Shown: positions 54,562-63,787, numbered from the stretch's first letter. The stretch: DNA of 64,000 nt from Lachnospiraceae bacterium UBA5899 (GCA_002432425.1 DJEL01000015.1:20834-84833), one strand, 5' to 3'. Translations and numbers: made by a program. Notes: a model not told the origin generated them from the letters alone.

Positions 54562-56391
54562 TTATTTTTTCATTGCCGCACGTTTTCTCATGGTCGGGTC
54601 CAAAATTTTCTTGCGGATACGCAGGGAAACGGGAGTAACCTCCAAAAGCTCATCTGTATCAATGAAATCCAGTGCCTGCTCTAAGCTCATAATCTTGGGC
54701 GGTACCAAGCGGAGTGCTTCGTCCGCACTGGAGGAACGGGTATTGGTAAGCTGTTTCTTCTTGCAGACATTGACTTCAATGTCTTCGCCGCGTCCGTTGA
54801 AGCCGATAACCATACCGGAATATACCTTGACGCCGGGTCCGATGAAGAGGGTACCGCGTTCCTGGGCATTGAACAGACCGTAGGTAATGGATTCGCCGTT
54901 TTCAAAGGCAATCAGGGAACCCTGCTTACGGTACTGGATATCTCCCTTGTAAGGGCCGTAGCCGTCGAAAATGGAGTTCATGATACCGTTGCCCTTGGTA
55001 TCGGTCATAAAGTCGCCGCGGTAACCGATAAGACCTCTGGAAGGAATGGAGAACTCCAGACGGGTGTAACCGCCGGTACCGGCGCCCATGCTGCGGAGTT
55101 CGCCCTTTCTCTGGCTTAATTTTTCGATAACCACGCCGGAAAATTCATCGGGAACATCAATATAGGTAAGCTCCATGGGCTCTAACTTATGGCCCTGCTC
55201 ATCCTCTTTATACAAAACTTCCGCTTTGCTTACGGCAAATTCGTAACCTTCACGGCGCATATTTTCAATTAAAACGGAGAGATGCAGCTCGCCACGTCCG
55301 GAAACCTTGAAGCGGTCGGGAGACTCGGTGTCTTCCACACGTAAGGAAACGTCGGTATTAAGCTCTCTGTAAAGTCTGTCGCGGATATGGCGGCTGGTGA
55401 TGAATTTGCCTTCCTTTCCGGCAAGCGGGGAGTCGTTTACCATGAACTGCATGGCAATGGTGGGCTCGCTGATTTTCTGGAAAGGAATGGGCTCTACGTG
55501 GTCGGGGGAGCAGAGGGTATCTCCGATGTGGATATCGGCAATACCGGAAATGGCAACGATGGAACCGATGCCGGCTTCCTTTACTTCTACCTTATTTAAT
55601 CCGTCAAATTCATACAGCTTGCTGATTTTTACTTTTTTCTGCTTTGCGGCATCATGGGCATTGCAGAGTACCACTTCCTGGTTTACGGCAATTTTACCGT
55701 TGTCCACCTTACCGACACCGATACGTCCTACATATTCGTTGTAGTCGATGGTGCTGATAAGTACCTGGGTGCCGGCATCCGGGTCACCTTCGGGAGCGGG
55801 AATATAGTCTAAAATGGTGTCGAAAAGAGGCTTCATATCGTTGTTCTTTACCGTCAGATTTAAGGTAGCGCTGCCGGTTTTGGCAGAAGCGAATACGAAG
55901 GGGCAGTCAAGCTGGGCATCGTCTGCTTCCAGCTCTAAGAACAGCTCTAAAACTTCGTCCACAACCGCCTGGGGACGTGCTTCCGGTCTGTCGATTTTGT
56001 TGACACATACGATAACGGGGAGCTTTAATTCCAGCGCTTTTCGTAAAACGAACTTTGTCTGGGGCATGGGGCCTTCAAACGCATCGACTACCAGGATAAC
56101 ACCGTTTACCATTTTAAGGACACGTTCTACCTCGCCGCCGAAGTCCGCATGGCCCGGGGTATCGATAATGTTGATTTTTGTATTTTTGTAGGTAACGGCC
56201 GTATTCTTGGAAAGAATGGTAATACCTCTTTCCCGTTCGATATCGTTGGAGTCCATGACACGCTCGGCAACTTCCTGATTGTCGCGGAATACACCGCTCT
56301 GTTTAAGAAGCTCGTCCACCAGCGTGGTCTTACCATGGTCTACATGGGCGATAATTGCTACGTTTCTTACATCTTCACGTTTCTGTAACAT
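54562..56391 (-). CDS. typA: translational GTPase TypA/BipA
   Basis: RNVAIIAHVDHGKTTLVD G1 motif, DTPGHADF G3 motif, NKIDR G4 motif. 609 aa with an EF-G-like domain order. Confidence 0.95.
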   Translation of the reverse strand: MLQKREDVRNVAIIAHVDHGKTTLVDELLKQSGVFRDNQEVAERVMDSNDIERERGITILSKNTAVTYKNTKINIIDTPGHADFGGEVERVLKMVNGVILVVDAFEGPMPQTKFVLRKALELKLPVIVCVNKIDRPEARPQAVVDEVLELFLELEADDAQLDCPFVFASAKTGSATLNLTVKNNDMKPLFDTILDYIPAPEGDPDAGTQVLISTIDYNEYVGRIGVGKVDNGKIAVNQEVVLCNAHDAAKQKKVKISKLYEFDGLNKVEVKEAGIGSIVAISGIADIHIGDTLCSPDHVEPIPFQKISEPTIAMQFMVNDSPLAGKEGKFITSRHIRDRLYRELNTDVSLRVEDTESPDRFKVSGRGELHLSVLIENMRREGYEFAVSKAEVLYKEDEQGHKLEPMELTYIDVPDEFSGVVIEKLSQRKGELRSMGAGTGGYTRLEFSIPSRGLIGYRGDFMTDTKGNGIMNSIFDGYGPYKGDIQYRKQGSLIAFENGESITYGLFNAQERGTLFIGPGVKVYSGMVIGFNGRGEDIEVNVCKKKQLTNTRSSSADEALRLVPPKIMSLEQALDFIDTDELLEVTPVSLRIRKKILDPTMRKRAAMKK

Positions 56392-56642
56392 AGATAACCT
56401 GACCTTTCTTCCTATTATTATACCTGAAATTTGCTGTTTTCAAAACTGTTTCAGTATATCACTATTTGTCGTTATGCGCAAGAAAAAACAAACGGAGAGG
56501 GGAATGTGTCGCATAAACAGGGCGGTTGTCGGTATCTGCGGTGAGTAAAGCTTCTATTATGGAAGGATATGGTGTATAAATAATATTGACATAACGGGCA
56601 AAAGCCTGAAAAAAACGTAAGCGTAAGAAAAGGAGAACAGCA

Positions 56643-57281
56643 ATGACAGATAAGGTTATTGAAAACAATCAGGTAACGATTATGGGGGAGATTGTCAGCA
56701 GTTTTACCTATAGTCACGAAATTTTCGGGGAAGGCTTTTACATGGTCGATGTCAAGGTACAGAGACTGAGTGATTCTTTCGATGTCATTCCCATGATGGT
56801 ATCTGAGCGTCTTTTGGACGTAAATGCCAACTACATAGGATACCACGTAGAGGTATCGGGACAGTTCCGCTCCTACAACCGGCACGAGGAGCGCAAAAAC
56901 AGACTGGTCCTGTCCGTATTCGCAAGGGAAATTTCCTTTGTGGACGAAATTGAAGAGAGTGCCAAGACCAACCAGATTTTCTTGGACGGCTATATCTGCA
57001 AGCCGCCCGTGTACCGCAAGACCCCTCTCGGCAGGGAAATCGCAGACCTGCTTCTGGCAGTCAATCGTCCTTACGGCAAGTCCGATTACATTCCGTGCAT
57101 CTGCTGGGGAAGAAATGCCCGGTTTGCCAACGGTTTTGAAGTAGGGGACAAATGTTGTGTATGGGGCAGAATTCAGAGTCGCGAGTATATGAAGAAGTTG
57201 GATGAGGAACACATGGAGCGCCGTGTGGCATATGAAGTTTCCGTCAGCAAGTTAGAGGTGGCAAAGGAAGCCGTAGAATAA
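56643..57281 (+). CDS. SSB-like OB-fold protein (non-canonical, no acidic tail)
   Basis: The pattern of two OB-like halves (VTIMGEIVS...; IFLDGYICKPPVYRKTPLGREIADLLLAVNR...VWGRIQSREY) resembles Clostridial single-stranded DNA-binding protein annotations. Assigned by recollection. Confidence 0.5.
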   Translation: MTDKVIENNQVTIMGEIVSSFTYSHEIFGEGFYMVDVKVQRLSDSFDVIPMMVSERLLDVNANYIGYHVEVSGQFRSYNRHEERKNRLVLSVFAREISFVDEIEESAKTNQIFLDGYICKPPVYRKTPLGREIADLLLAVNRPYGKSDYIPCICWGRNARFANGFEVGDKCCVWGRIQSREYMKKLDEEHMERRVAYEVSVSKLEVAKEAVE

Positions 57282-57358
57282 AAAAGGGGAAGTTTTTTGA
57301 AAAAATCAATCCATTTATTAAAAAATAAATAAGAAACATTCTTAAAAATGTGTAAAGG

Positions 57359-57387
57359 TTGTCAAAATCCGGGAAGTATGGTAAAAT
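57359..57387 (+). promoter_or_regulatory. extended -10 promoter candidate
   Basis: TTGTCA (57359-57364), 17-nt spacer ending in TGG, TAAAAT (57382-57387). Confidence 0.45.
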
Positions 57388-57431
57388 ACACCTACTTTTA
57401 ATCTTAGAGACAGAAAGGTTTGGTACCGATT

Positions 57432-57932
57432 ATGAAAAGAGGTATAGTTCATATATATACCGGAGATGGCAGAGGAAAATCCCCCGCGGCACTCGGCAGG
57501 GCCGTACAGGCAGCCGCAGCGGGCGAACAGGTTGTGATTATACAGTTCCTGAAAGGAAAGGGACTGGAGGATACAGAGTTTGTAAGAAGACTGGAACCGG
57601 AGATTAAACTGTTTCGTTTTGAAAAATCAGATGAATTTTATGAACAACTGCCGGAAGAGAAAAAGGCAGAAGAGGATATGAACATCCGCAACGGCATGAA
57701 TTTTGCCAAGAAGGTACTGTCCACAGGAGAATGCAATCTGCTTATTTTAGACGAGGTGCTGGGACTTATTGAGAAAAACATTATTTCTGTGGAGGACGTG
57801 GAAAATCTGTTAAACCAGAGAGGAGAAACGGATGTCATTCTGACGGGTATTTCCTTAAACGATGAAATCTGCTCTCTGGCGGACGAAGTTTCCAAGATTG
57901 AGACACTGAAGTTTAAGACTTATAATTTTTAA
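57432..57932 (+). CDS. cob(I)yrinic acid a,c-diamide adenosyltransferase family (CobA/CobO/BtuR-like)
   Basis: GIVHIYTGDGRGKSPAALGRA...VVIIQFLKG matches the CobA P-loop region, and DEV...LILDE matches the family core. Confidence 0.7.
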   Translation: MKRGIVHIYTGDGRGKSPAALGRAVQAAAAGEQVVIIQFLKGKGLEDTEFVRRLEPEIKLFRFEKSDEFYEQLPEEKKAEEDMNIRNGMNFAKKVLSTGECNLLILDEVLGLIEKNIISVEDVENLLNQRGETDVILTGISLNDEICSLADEVSKIETLKFKTYNF

Positions 57933-58001
57933 TAAGGACTTTTCATAAAGAACAAAAAGCATTTTTTGCATACAAAAAGCATGAATTTACCGCCCGTTGC
58001 G

Positions 58002-58030
58002 TTGACAGGGAGCGGTATCGGTGCTATTAT
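58002..58030 (+). promoter_or_regulatory. promoter of the lysine riboswitch-dapAB transcript
   Basis: TTGACA (58002-58007), 17-nt spacer, TATTAT (58025-58030). Confidence 0.55.
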
Positions 58031-58040
58031 AGGGAACAAA

Positions 58041-58190
58041 GATAGAGGTTGCGTTTTTCAAGAGTAGTTTTTCTGATGTGACAGGCACAGGTGAGGAAAG
58101 ATCAAAGGGGAACACGCCGAAAGAGGAGACGACCTGTGAATCGAGTCTTGGGCATGCGGTTAAAAACCGTATGACTGTCATCTATGATTA
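58041..58190 (+). promoter_or_regulatory. lysine riboswitch (L-box)
   Basis: Conserved L-box blocks appear in order: AGAGGTTGCG, TTCAAGAGTA, GAGGAAAG...AAAGGGGAA, GCCGAAAG, CTGTCA. It sits directly upstream of dapA. Confidence 0.8.
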
Positions 58191-58221
58191 GATGGGGCGC
58201 TATCGGTAAAGCACGAGAATC

Positions 58222-58252
58222 AGCCGGCCCATGTTATGTGACCGGCTTTTTT
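58222..58252 (+). terminator. riboswitch expression-platform terminator
   Basis: AGCCGGCC...GACCGGCT stem followed by TTTTTTATTT, about 35 nt before the dapA RBS. Confidence 0.7.
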
Positions 58253-58286
58253 ATTTCCATTTTTCAATGGGTAAGGAGGAAAAAAG

Positions 58287-59174
58287 ATGTCTATTTTTAA
58301 GGGCGCAGGTGTTGCCATTGTAACACCCATGAAAGAAAACGGTGAGGTAAATTACGAAAAGCTTGCGGAAATGATTGAATTCCAGATCGCAAACGGTACG
58401 GATGCCATTATTGTATGCGGTACCACAGGAGAGTCTTCCACACTGACGCATGAAGAACATCTGGATGTGATTAAATATTGTGCGGAAAAGGTAGCGGGCA
58501 GAATTCCCGTTGTGGCAGGTACCGGTTCCAACTGTACCGAGACAGCCGTTTATCTTTCTAAAGAAGCAGAAAAGTACGGAGTGGACGGACTGCTTTTGGT
58601 TTCTCCTTACTACAACAAAGCGACCCAGAACGGTCTGTATACCCACTTTAAGACCGTGGCAGAGTCTGTAAAGCTTCCCATTATTTTATACAATGTACCC
58701 AGCCGTACAGGCTGCAACATCCTGCCGGATACCGTTATCCGTCTGTGTCATGATGTGGAAAACATTGTCGGTGTCAAGGAAGCAAGCGGCAATATCAGCC
58801 AGATTGCCAGACTGGCAGCCAAGGCAAAGGGAACTGTGGATATTTATTCCGGCAACGACGACCAGATTGTTCCCATTCTCGCTCTCGGCGGCAAGGGCGT
58901 TATTTCCGTTCTTTCCAATGTGGCTCCTAAGGAAACCCATGAAATCTGCGCCAAATATTTTGCAGGTGATGTGGAAGGAAGCCGTGAATTACAGCTGCGC
59001 GCCATGGATTTGTGCGATGCCCTGTTCTGCGAAGTAAACCCGATTCCGGTTAAGAAAGCCTTAAACCTGATGGGTATGGAAGCTGGTTCCTTACGTCTTC
59101 CCCTGACCGAAATGGAAGAAGCCAACGCTGCAAAGTTAGAGAAAGCTATGCGTGAATTCGGCGTTCTGAAATAA
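58287..59174 (+). CDS. dapA: 4-hydroxy-tetrahydrodipicolinate synthase
   Basis: GVAIVTPM, GTTGES and YNVPSRTG motifs; the active-site Lys is in VGVKEASG. Confidence 0.95.
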   Translation: MSIFKGAGVAIVTPMKENGEVNYEKLAEMIEFQIANGTDAIIVCGTTGESSTLTHEEHLDVIKYCAEKVAGRIPVVAGTGSNCTETAVYLSKEAEKYGVDGLLLVSPYYNKATQNGLYTHFKTVAESVKLPIILYNVPSRTGCNILPDTVIRLCHDVENIVGVKEASGNISQIARLAAKAKGTVDIYSGNDDQIVPILALGGKGVISVLSNVAPKETHEICAKYFAGDVEGSRELQLRAMDLCDALFCEVNPIPVKKALNLMGMEAGSLRLPLTEMEEANAAKLEKAMREFGVLK

Positions 59175-59196
59175 GAAGGAAGAAGGTACGGGAGAG

Positions 59197-59964
59197 ATGA
59201 TTAAACTGATTATGCACGGATGCAACGGCAAAATGGGTCAGGTCATTTCCAGGCTGCTTGAAAATGACGAAGAAGCATGCCTGGTTGCCGGAATTGACGC
59301 AAGGGATGACGGACACAATCCGTATCCGGTATTTACCGATATTAAAGAATGCAATGTAGAAGCGGATGCCCTGATTGATTTCTCAGCGGCGCCTGCTGTG
59401 GACGCTTTACTTAATTACTGCGTGGAAAAGAAGCTTCCCTGTGTGCTCTGCACCACCGGGCTATCCGAAGAGCAGCTTAAAAAGGTAAAAGAGGCTTCCA
59501 AGCAGGTAGCTATTTTGAAGTCCGCCAATATGTCTTTGGGAATCAACCTTTTATTAAAGCTTTTGAAGGAAGCCTCCGAAGTTCTCGTAAAAGCGGGCTT
59601 CGATGTGGAAATCGTTGAGAAGCACCACAACCAGAAGGTGGACGCACCCAGCGGTACCGCATTGGCGTTGGCGGACTCCATCAACGAAGAATTCGGCAAT
59701 TCCTTTGAATATGTATTTGACAGAAGCAAGGAGAGAAAGAAACGTTCCGACAAGGAAATCGGCATCTCCGCTGTCAGAGGCGGCACCATTGTGGGCGACC
59801 ATGATGTGATTTTCGCAGGAGAGGATGAGGTCATCACTTTCTCCCATACCGCATATTCCAAGGCTATTTTCGCAAAAGGCGCCATTCAGGCAGGCAAGTT
59901 CTTAAAAGGAAAGCCCGCCGGCATGTATGACATGAGCGATGTGATTGATGCGGTAAACGCATAA
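59197..59964 (+). CDS. dapB: 4-hydroxy-tetrahydrodipicolinate reductase
   Basis: MHGCNGKMG N-terminus and the E(K)HHNQKVDAPSGTA signature. Confidence 0.95.
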   Translation: MIKLIMHGCNGKMGQVISRLLENDEEACLVAGIDARDDGHNPYPVFTDIKECNVEADALIDFSAAPAVDALLNYCVEKKLPCVLCTTGLSEEQLKKVKEASKQVAILKSANMSLGINLLLKLLKEASEVLVKAGFDVEIVEKHHNQKVDAPSGTALALADSINEEFGNSFEYVFDRSKERKKRSDKEIGISAVRGGTIVGDHDVIFAGEDEVITFSHTAYSKAIFAKGAIQAGKFLKGKPAGMYDMSDVIDAVNA

Positions 59965-59975
59965 GCATAAACATT

Positions 59976-60012
59976 GAAAAGCCCCGTCTTCCAGAAGAAA
60001 ATGGGGCTTTTC
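59976..60012. terminator. intrinsic terminator between convergent dapB and the lipoprotein gene
   Basis: GAAAAGCCCC (59976-59985) pairs with GGGGCTTTTC (60003-60012). Confidence 0.8.
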
Positions 60013-60026
60013 GTGTAAGAAAGCTG

Positions 60027-60434
60027 TTAGCGGGTACGGGCACCGTTGCCTGTTCCGGTAACATCATCGGTAATGTCCTTGACACCGTCGCCGACATCCT
60101 CAATGACGTCGCCAACCGTGTTGCCGGCATCGTTTACCGCATCCCCGATACCGTTTCCGGTACCGGCATTGTCGCTGCCGTCGGTTACGCTGTTGTTGTT
60201 TCCGGTGTTGGTGTTGCCGTTCATGCTGCCGTTATCTGCATTGCTGCCGCTTTCGGCAGGCCTTGTGGTAGCGGTGCTGTTGCCGGTATTGCCGGCATTG
60301 TTGTTTTCGGTGGACTGTGTCTGGTCTGCCATATCGTTATCGTTCATGTTGCTGTTGTTCTTTCCGCAGGCAGAGAGGACACAGACATAAAATACCATAA
60401 GGCATATGGCAAGAATTCTTTTCAATTTTTTCAT
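60027..60434 (-). CDS. small low-complexity (N/G/T/D-rich) lipoprotein
   Basis: Signal peptide with lipobox VLSACG. The mature part is almost entirely N, G, T, D and S. GGAGTG RBS context. Confidence 0.6.
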   Translation of the reverse strand: MKKLKRILAICLMVFYVCVLSACGKNNSNMNDNDMADQTQSTENNNAGNTGNSTATTRPAESGSNADNGSMNGNTNTGNNNSVTDGSDNAGTGNGIGDAVNDAGNTVGDVIEDVGDGVKDITDDVTGTGNGARTR

Positions 60435-60564
60435 AATTTCACTCCTTATGCTGAAAACTGTTTTACAGTCATAGTGTGTGCGATTGAAAAAAGAATATAC
60501 CTTAAAATCAAATTTTCACAAAAAGGCATTTAAGATAGGCATTTATAAAGGAAGGTACGCAAGC

Positions 60565-61383
60565 ATGGAATTTCGGCCCTGTATTGATATTCACGATGGT
60601 AAAGTAAAACAGATTGTGGGCGGCAGTCTTTCGGAAACGGACGGTGCAAGCCTGGTAAAGGAAAATTTTGTGGCAGAGCAGGATGCACCTTTTTTTGCGG
60701 ATTTTTACAAAAAAAAGGGTATCCGGGGCGGTCATGTGATTTTGCTAAACGGAAAGGACACCCCGGCTTTTGAAGAAACGAAAAAGCAGGCGAAGGCAGC
60801 GCTTTCGGCTTATCCCGGCGGACTGCAGATTGGCGGCGGCATTACGGACGAAAATGCGGCGGAGTACCTGCAGGCGGGGGCGAGCCATGTGATTGTCACT
60901 TCCTTTGTATTCCGGGACGGCAGGATAGACAGAGAGAGACTGGACAGACTGGTATATGCTGTGGGAAAAGAGCATATCGTCCTGGATATGAGCTGCCGGA
61001 AAAAGGACGGCGCCTATATTGTGGTGACGGACAGATGGCAGAAGGAAACGAAGGAAGAGGTAACCCTTTCCCTTTTGGACGAACTTTCCGGTTACTGCGA
61101 CGAATTCTTAATTCACGCCGTGGACGTGGAGGGAAAAGCAAACGGCATGGAACAGCCGCTGGTACGTCTCCTGGGGGATTTTCAAAAAAGAGCCGTGACC
61201 TATGCCGGAGGCGTGCACAGCTTTGAAGACCTGCGCCTTTTAAGAGAACTGGGAAAAGGAAGAGTGAACGTGACCATCGGCAGTGCCTTAAATTTATTCG
61301 GCGGAAACATGGATTTTGAAGAAGTGCTTGCCTTTATTGCCGGAGAGAATAGCGCGGCACCAAAAAAAGAACCAATCACTTGA
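60565..61383 (+). CDS. hisA: eukaryote/His6-type ProFAR isomerase (HisA family)
   Basis: FRPCIDIHDGKVKQIVGGSL, QIGGGI, HVIVTS, VLDMSCRKKDG and FLIHAVDVEG closely parallel yeast His6. AAAGGAAGG RBS before ATG 60565. Confidence 0.85.
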   Translation: MEFRPCIDIHDGKVKQIVGGSLSETDGASLVKENFVAEQDAPFFADFYKKKGIRGGHVILLNGKDTPAFEETKKQAKAALSAYPGGLQIGGGITDENAAEYLQAGASHVIVTSFVFRDGRIDRERLDRLVYAVGKEHIVLDMSCRKKDGAYIVVTDRWQKETKEEVTLSLLDELSGYCDEFLIHAVDVEGKANGMEQPLVRLLGDFQKRAVTYAGGVHSFEDLRLLRELGKGRVNVTIGSALNLFGGNMDFEEVLAFIAGENSAAPKKEPIT

Positions 61384-61396
61384 TTGGTTCTTTTTC
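61369..61396 (+). terminator. intrinsic terminator overlapping the hisA stop
   Basis: GAACCAATCA / TGATTGGTTC inverted repeat followed by TTTTT. Confidence 0.7.
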
Positions 61397-61505
61397 TAAT
61401 CCTATAAGACGATATTGCAAATTCTAAATAAAAATACTGAGTAAGTCTTTTATATTTAAGAACAGGTACATCGTGTTACTGATTATAGATTTGTTATAAT
61501 AGGAA

Positions 61506-61706
61506 TTATAACTTGGTTACGTTTACAGCCTGAGGACCTTTTTCTCCGTTTACAACTTCGAATTCTACAGCCTGGCCTTCTTCAAGAGACTTGAAGCCTT
61601 CCATGTTGAGTCCTGAGTAATGTACGAATACATCGTTGCCTGCTTCATCAGAGATGAAACCATAACCTTTTTGGTTGTTGAACCACTTAACTGTACCTTT
61701 GTTCAT
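61506..61706 (-). CDS. cold-shock protein (CspA family)
   Basis: [18 protein letters not shown] (RNP1) and VFVHYS (RNP2). 66 aa. GGAGGT RBS. The 110-aa track ORF is an upstream extension. Confidence 0.95.
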   Translation of the reverse strand: MNKGTVKWFNNQKGYGFISDEAGNDVFVHYSGLNMEGFKSLEEGQAVEFEVVNGEKGPQAVNVTKL

Positions 61707-61934
61707 CGTAGATACCTCCAATAAAAATATGTCAATGCATACTATTATGCATTTAACATGAATAGAATAGCACAGAAATCTGAAAAAGTAAATAGAAAGA
61801 CGTGCCTTTTTGTATTGCAAGATGTATAAAATTGCCACTTAAATTTGGATAATTATTACAAAAATGTTAAATTATCGTTGTTTGGGAAATATATATGTGT
61901 TAAAATAGGTGGAGTTTACCGGAGGTGACTTTCT

Positions 61935-62648
61935 ATGTGGAAAAACAAGAACAAGAGAAAAGTAAGTCATATACTGATTTATACCACGGATGCCGTAGAT
62001 GCGGATACGAAACAGGTACGGATTCATCCCTGGGTACTGGCGGGCGTCACCCTGATTGTCTGCTGTGTGCTGGGAGCCGTCATAGGCTATGCCGTTTATG
62101 AGGGTGAGCTTTGGGGACGTATCAGAGAGCACGACGCATCGCAGAATGCGGCGCTTACCGCAGCACAGGATGAAAAGGATGCCCTTCAGGAAAAGATAGA
62201 CGAACAGGATGCCAAGATAGAAATGTTAAGCATTACCATACAGGACCAGACACAGCAGATTGCGGAACTGCAGGCGCAGATTGCGGGGCAGAGCGTTCCC
62301 ACGGACTATCCGCTGACCGGTTCCGCCTCCATGACCGTTATCACGGAGGGAGACCCTATGGTAGAGTTTACGGCTACGGAAGGAAGTACGGTAGTAGCTG
62401 CCGGCAAGGGCGTTGTCACGGCAGTGGAAGAGGATGAGGTATACGGCAACCGGGTAGTGATTGACCACGGCAACGGTTACGTGTCCATTTATCGCAACAA
62501 AGGCGAAAGTCAGGTAAAGGCGGGCGATGAGGTGGCAAGCGGCACCACACTGTTTATGGTGACGGAGGACAACCGCCAGCTCGGCTACCAGATTAAGGAA
62601 AATGACGTTTACATTGACCCGACCACCATTATAGCCATCAAGGGCTGA
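61935..62648 (+). CDS. membrane-anchored coiled-coil protein with degenerate LytM (M23) domain
   Basis: TM helix (VLAGVTLIVCCVLGAVIGYAV), coiled coil (QDEKDALQEKIDEQDAKIEMLS...), and an M23-fold core YGNRVVIDHGNGYVSIYRN. The HxxxD and HxH metal ligands are absent. Confidence 0.75.
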   Translation: MWKNKNKRKVSHILIYTTDAVDADTKQVRIHPWVLAGVTLIVCCVLGAVIGYAVYEGELWGRIREHDASQNAALTAAQDEKDALQEKIDEQDAKIEMLSITIQDQTQQIAELQAQIAGQSVPTDYPLTGSASMTVITEGDPMVEFTATEGSTVVAAGKGVVTAVEEDEVYGNRVVIDHGNGYVSIYRNKGESQVKAGDEVASGTTLFMVTEDNRQLGYQIKENDVYIDPTTIIAIKG

Positions 62649-62721
62649 TGGAATAAACAAAGATTGGAACCTGTAAAAGGATGGAACATCAAAGCCTGCA
62701 GGTTGTGAAAGGAACGACAAT

Positions 62722-63234
62722 ATGAAAAATAAAGATGGAAAGCTTACCAGTATTGTAGGAAAGGACGCTGTTGTGGGAGGCAATTTTTCCACACCGGGTT
62801 CTGCCAGAATTGACGGCGTTGTAGAAGGAAGTGCCAAAGTGGCAGGCTCCCTTATCGTGGGCTCCGCCGGCAGGATTGAAGGAGACGTGGAGGCGGACTC
62901 TATTATTATCGGCGGCGAAATCAACGGCGATGTCACCGTACAAGGCAAAGCGGAGCTTACCGCTACGGCAAGGGTAATCGGCGATATCCGAACCAGCCTC
63001 ATTGTCATTGACGAAAAGGCGGTATTCCAGGGAAAATGCGATATGAACATTGCAACCGGCAAGACGAAAAAGCGTCCCACAAAATCGCCCGGGGCAGGCA
63101 AAAAATCCGCCAAGGCAGCCCTGCAGGAAGCTCTTTTGGAAGTATCCGAGAAAAAGCAGGCAGAAGAAGCAGCCGCTACATCCGGGGATGCGGATACAGC
63201 CGGAAAGAAGGACAAAACAGACGATATGGCATAG
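62722..63234 (+). CDS. bactofilin-family cytoskeletal protein
   Basis: The repetitive beta-helix pattern G.F...G.ARIDGVVEGS..V.GSLIVG..GRIEGDVEA.SIIIGGEINGDV is typical of DUF583/bactofilin, with a K/A/E-rich tail. Confidence 0.85.
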   Translation: MKNKDGKLTSIVGKDAVVGGNFSTPGSARIDGVVEGSAKVAGSLIVGSAGRIEGDVEADSIIIGGEINGDVTVQGKAELTATARVIGDIRTSLIVIDEKAVFQGKCDMNIATGKTKKRPTKSPGAGKKSAKAALQEALLEVSEKKQAEEAAATSGDADTAGKKDKTDDMA

Positions 63235-63235
63235 A

Positions 63236-63273
63236 AAAAGGGCTGCTGCATTTTGGATGCAACAGCCTTTTTA
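63236..63273 (+). terminator. intrinsic terminator
   Basis: GGCTGCTGCAT-TTTGG-ATGCAACAGCC (one mismatch) followed by TTTTTA. Confidence 0.7.
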
Positions 63274-63302
63274 GCTTTGTTTACCGGCGGAAACCGGGAA
63301 AC

Positions 63303-63593
63303 TTACTCCTGCTTCATTCGTCCGAATACCATTTCATAACCGTCGTTTCCGTAATTCAGGGAACGGTTTACACGGCTGATGGTAGCGGTGGAAGCACCGG
63401 TTTTTTCCGCAATTTCTAAATAAGTTTTATGGTCTTTCAGCATTGCAGCCACTTCAAAACGCTGGGACAGGGAAAGAATTTCGTTCACCGTACACAGGTC
63501 TTCAAAAAAGCTATAGCATTCTTCACGGTTTTCTAAGCACAAAATCGCATCAAACAGAAAGTCCACGGCATCGGTTTTGATTTTTTTGTTCAT
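63303..63593 (-). CDS. yerC: YerC/YecD-family TrpR-like protein
   Basis: 96 aa. ...ILSLSQRFEVAAMLKDHKTYLEIAEKTGASTATISRVNRSL matches the family HTH region. Confidence 0.85.
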   Translation of the reverse strand: MNKKIKTDAVDFLFDAILCLENREECYSFFEDLCTVNEILSLSQRFEVAAMLKDHKTYLEIAEKTGASTATISRVNRSLNYGNDGYEMVFGRMKQE

Positions 63594-63787
63594 GGCAGTC
63601 TCCCTCTTAATACTTTTTTACGTTAAAACTTTAAAACTGTGTTAATAAGTGCATTTTAGCATACTAAAGTTTTAAAGTAAATAGGTAAAACTAAGGAATT
63701 TGTAAGAAAAAACTTGTCATGTGGTTTTGAATACTATATAATAAAATATATGCAGTCAAAGGATTGCAATGGAGAGGCATTGAAAAA

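Noticed and set aside
57282-57431. Cobalamin riboswitch upstream of the CobA/CobO-like adenosyltransferase gene
   Set aside because: The region is AT-rich, only about 45 nt lie between the candidate -10 and the start codon, and no B12-box-like sequence is visible.
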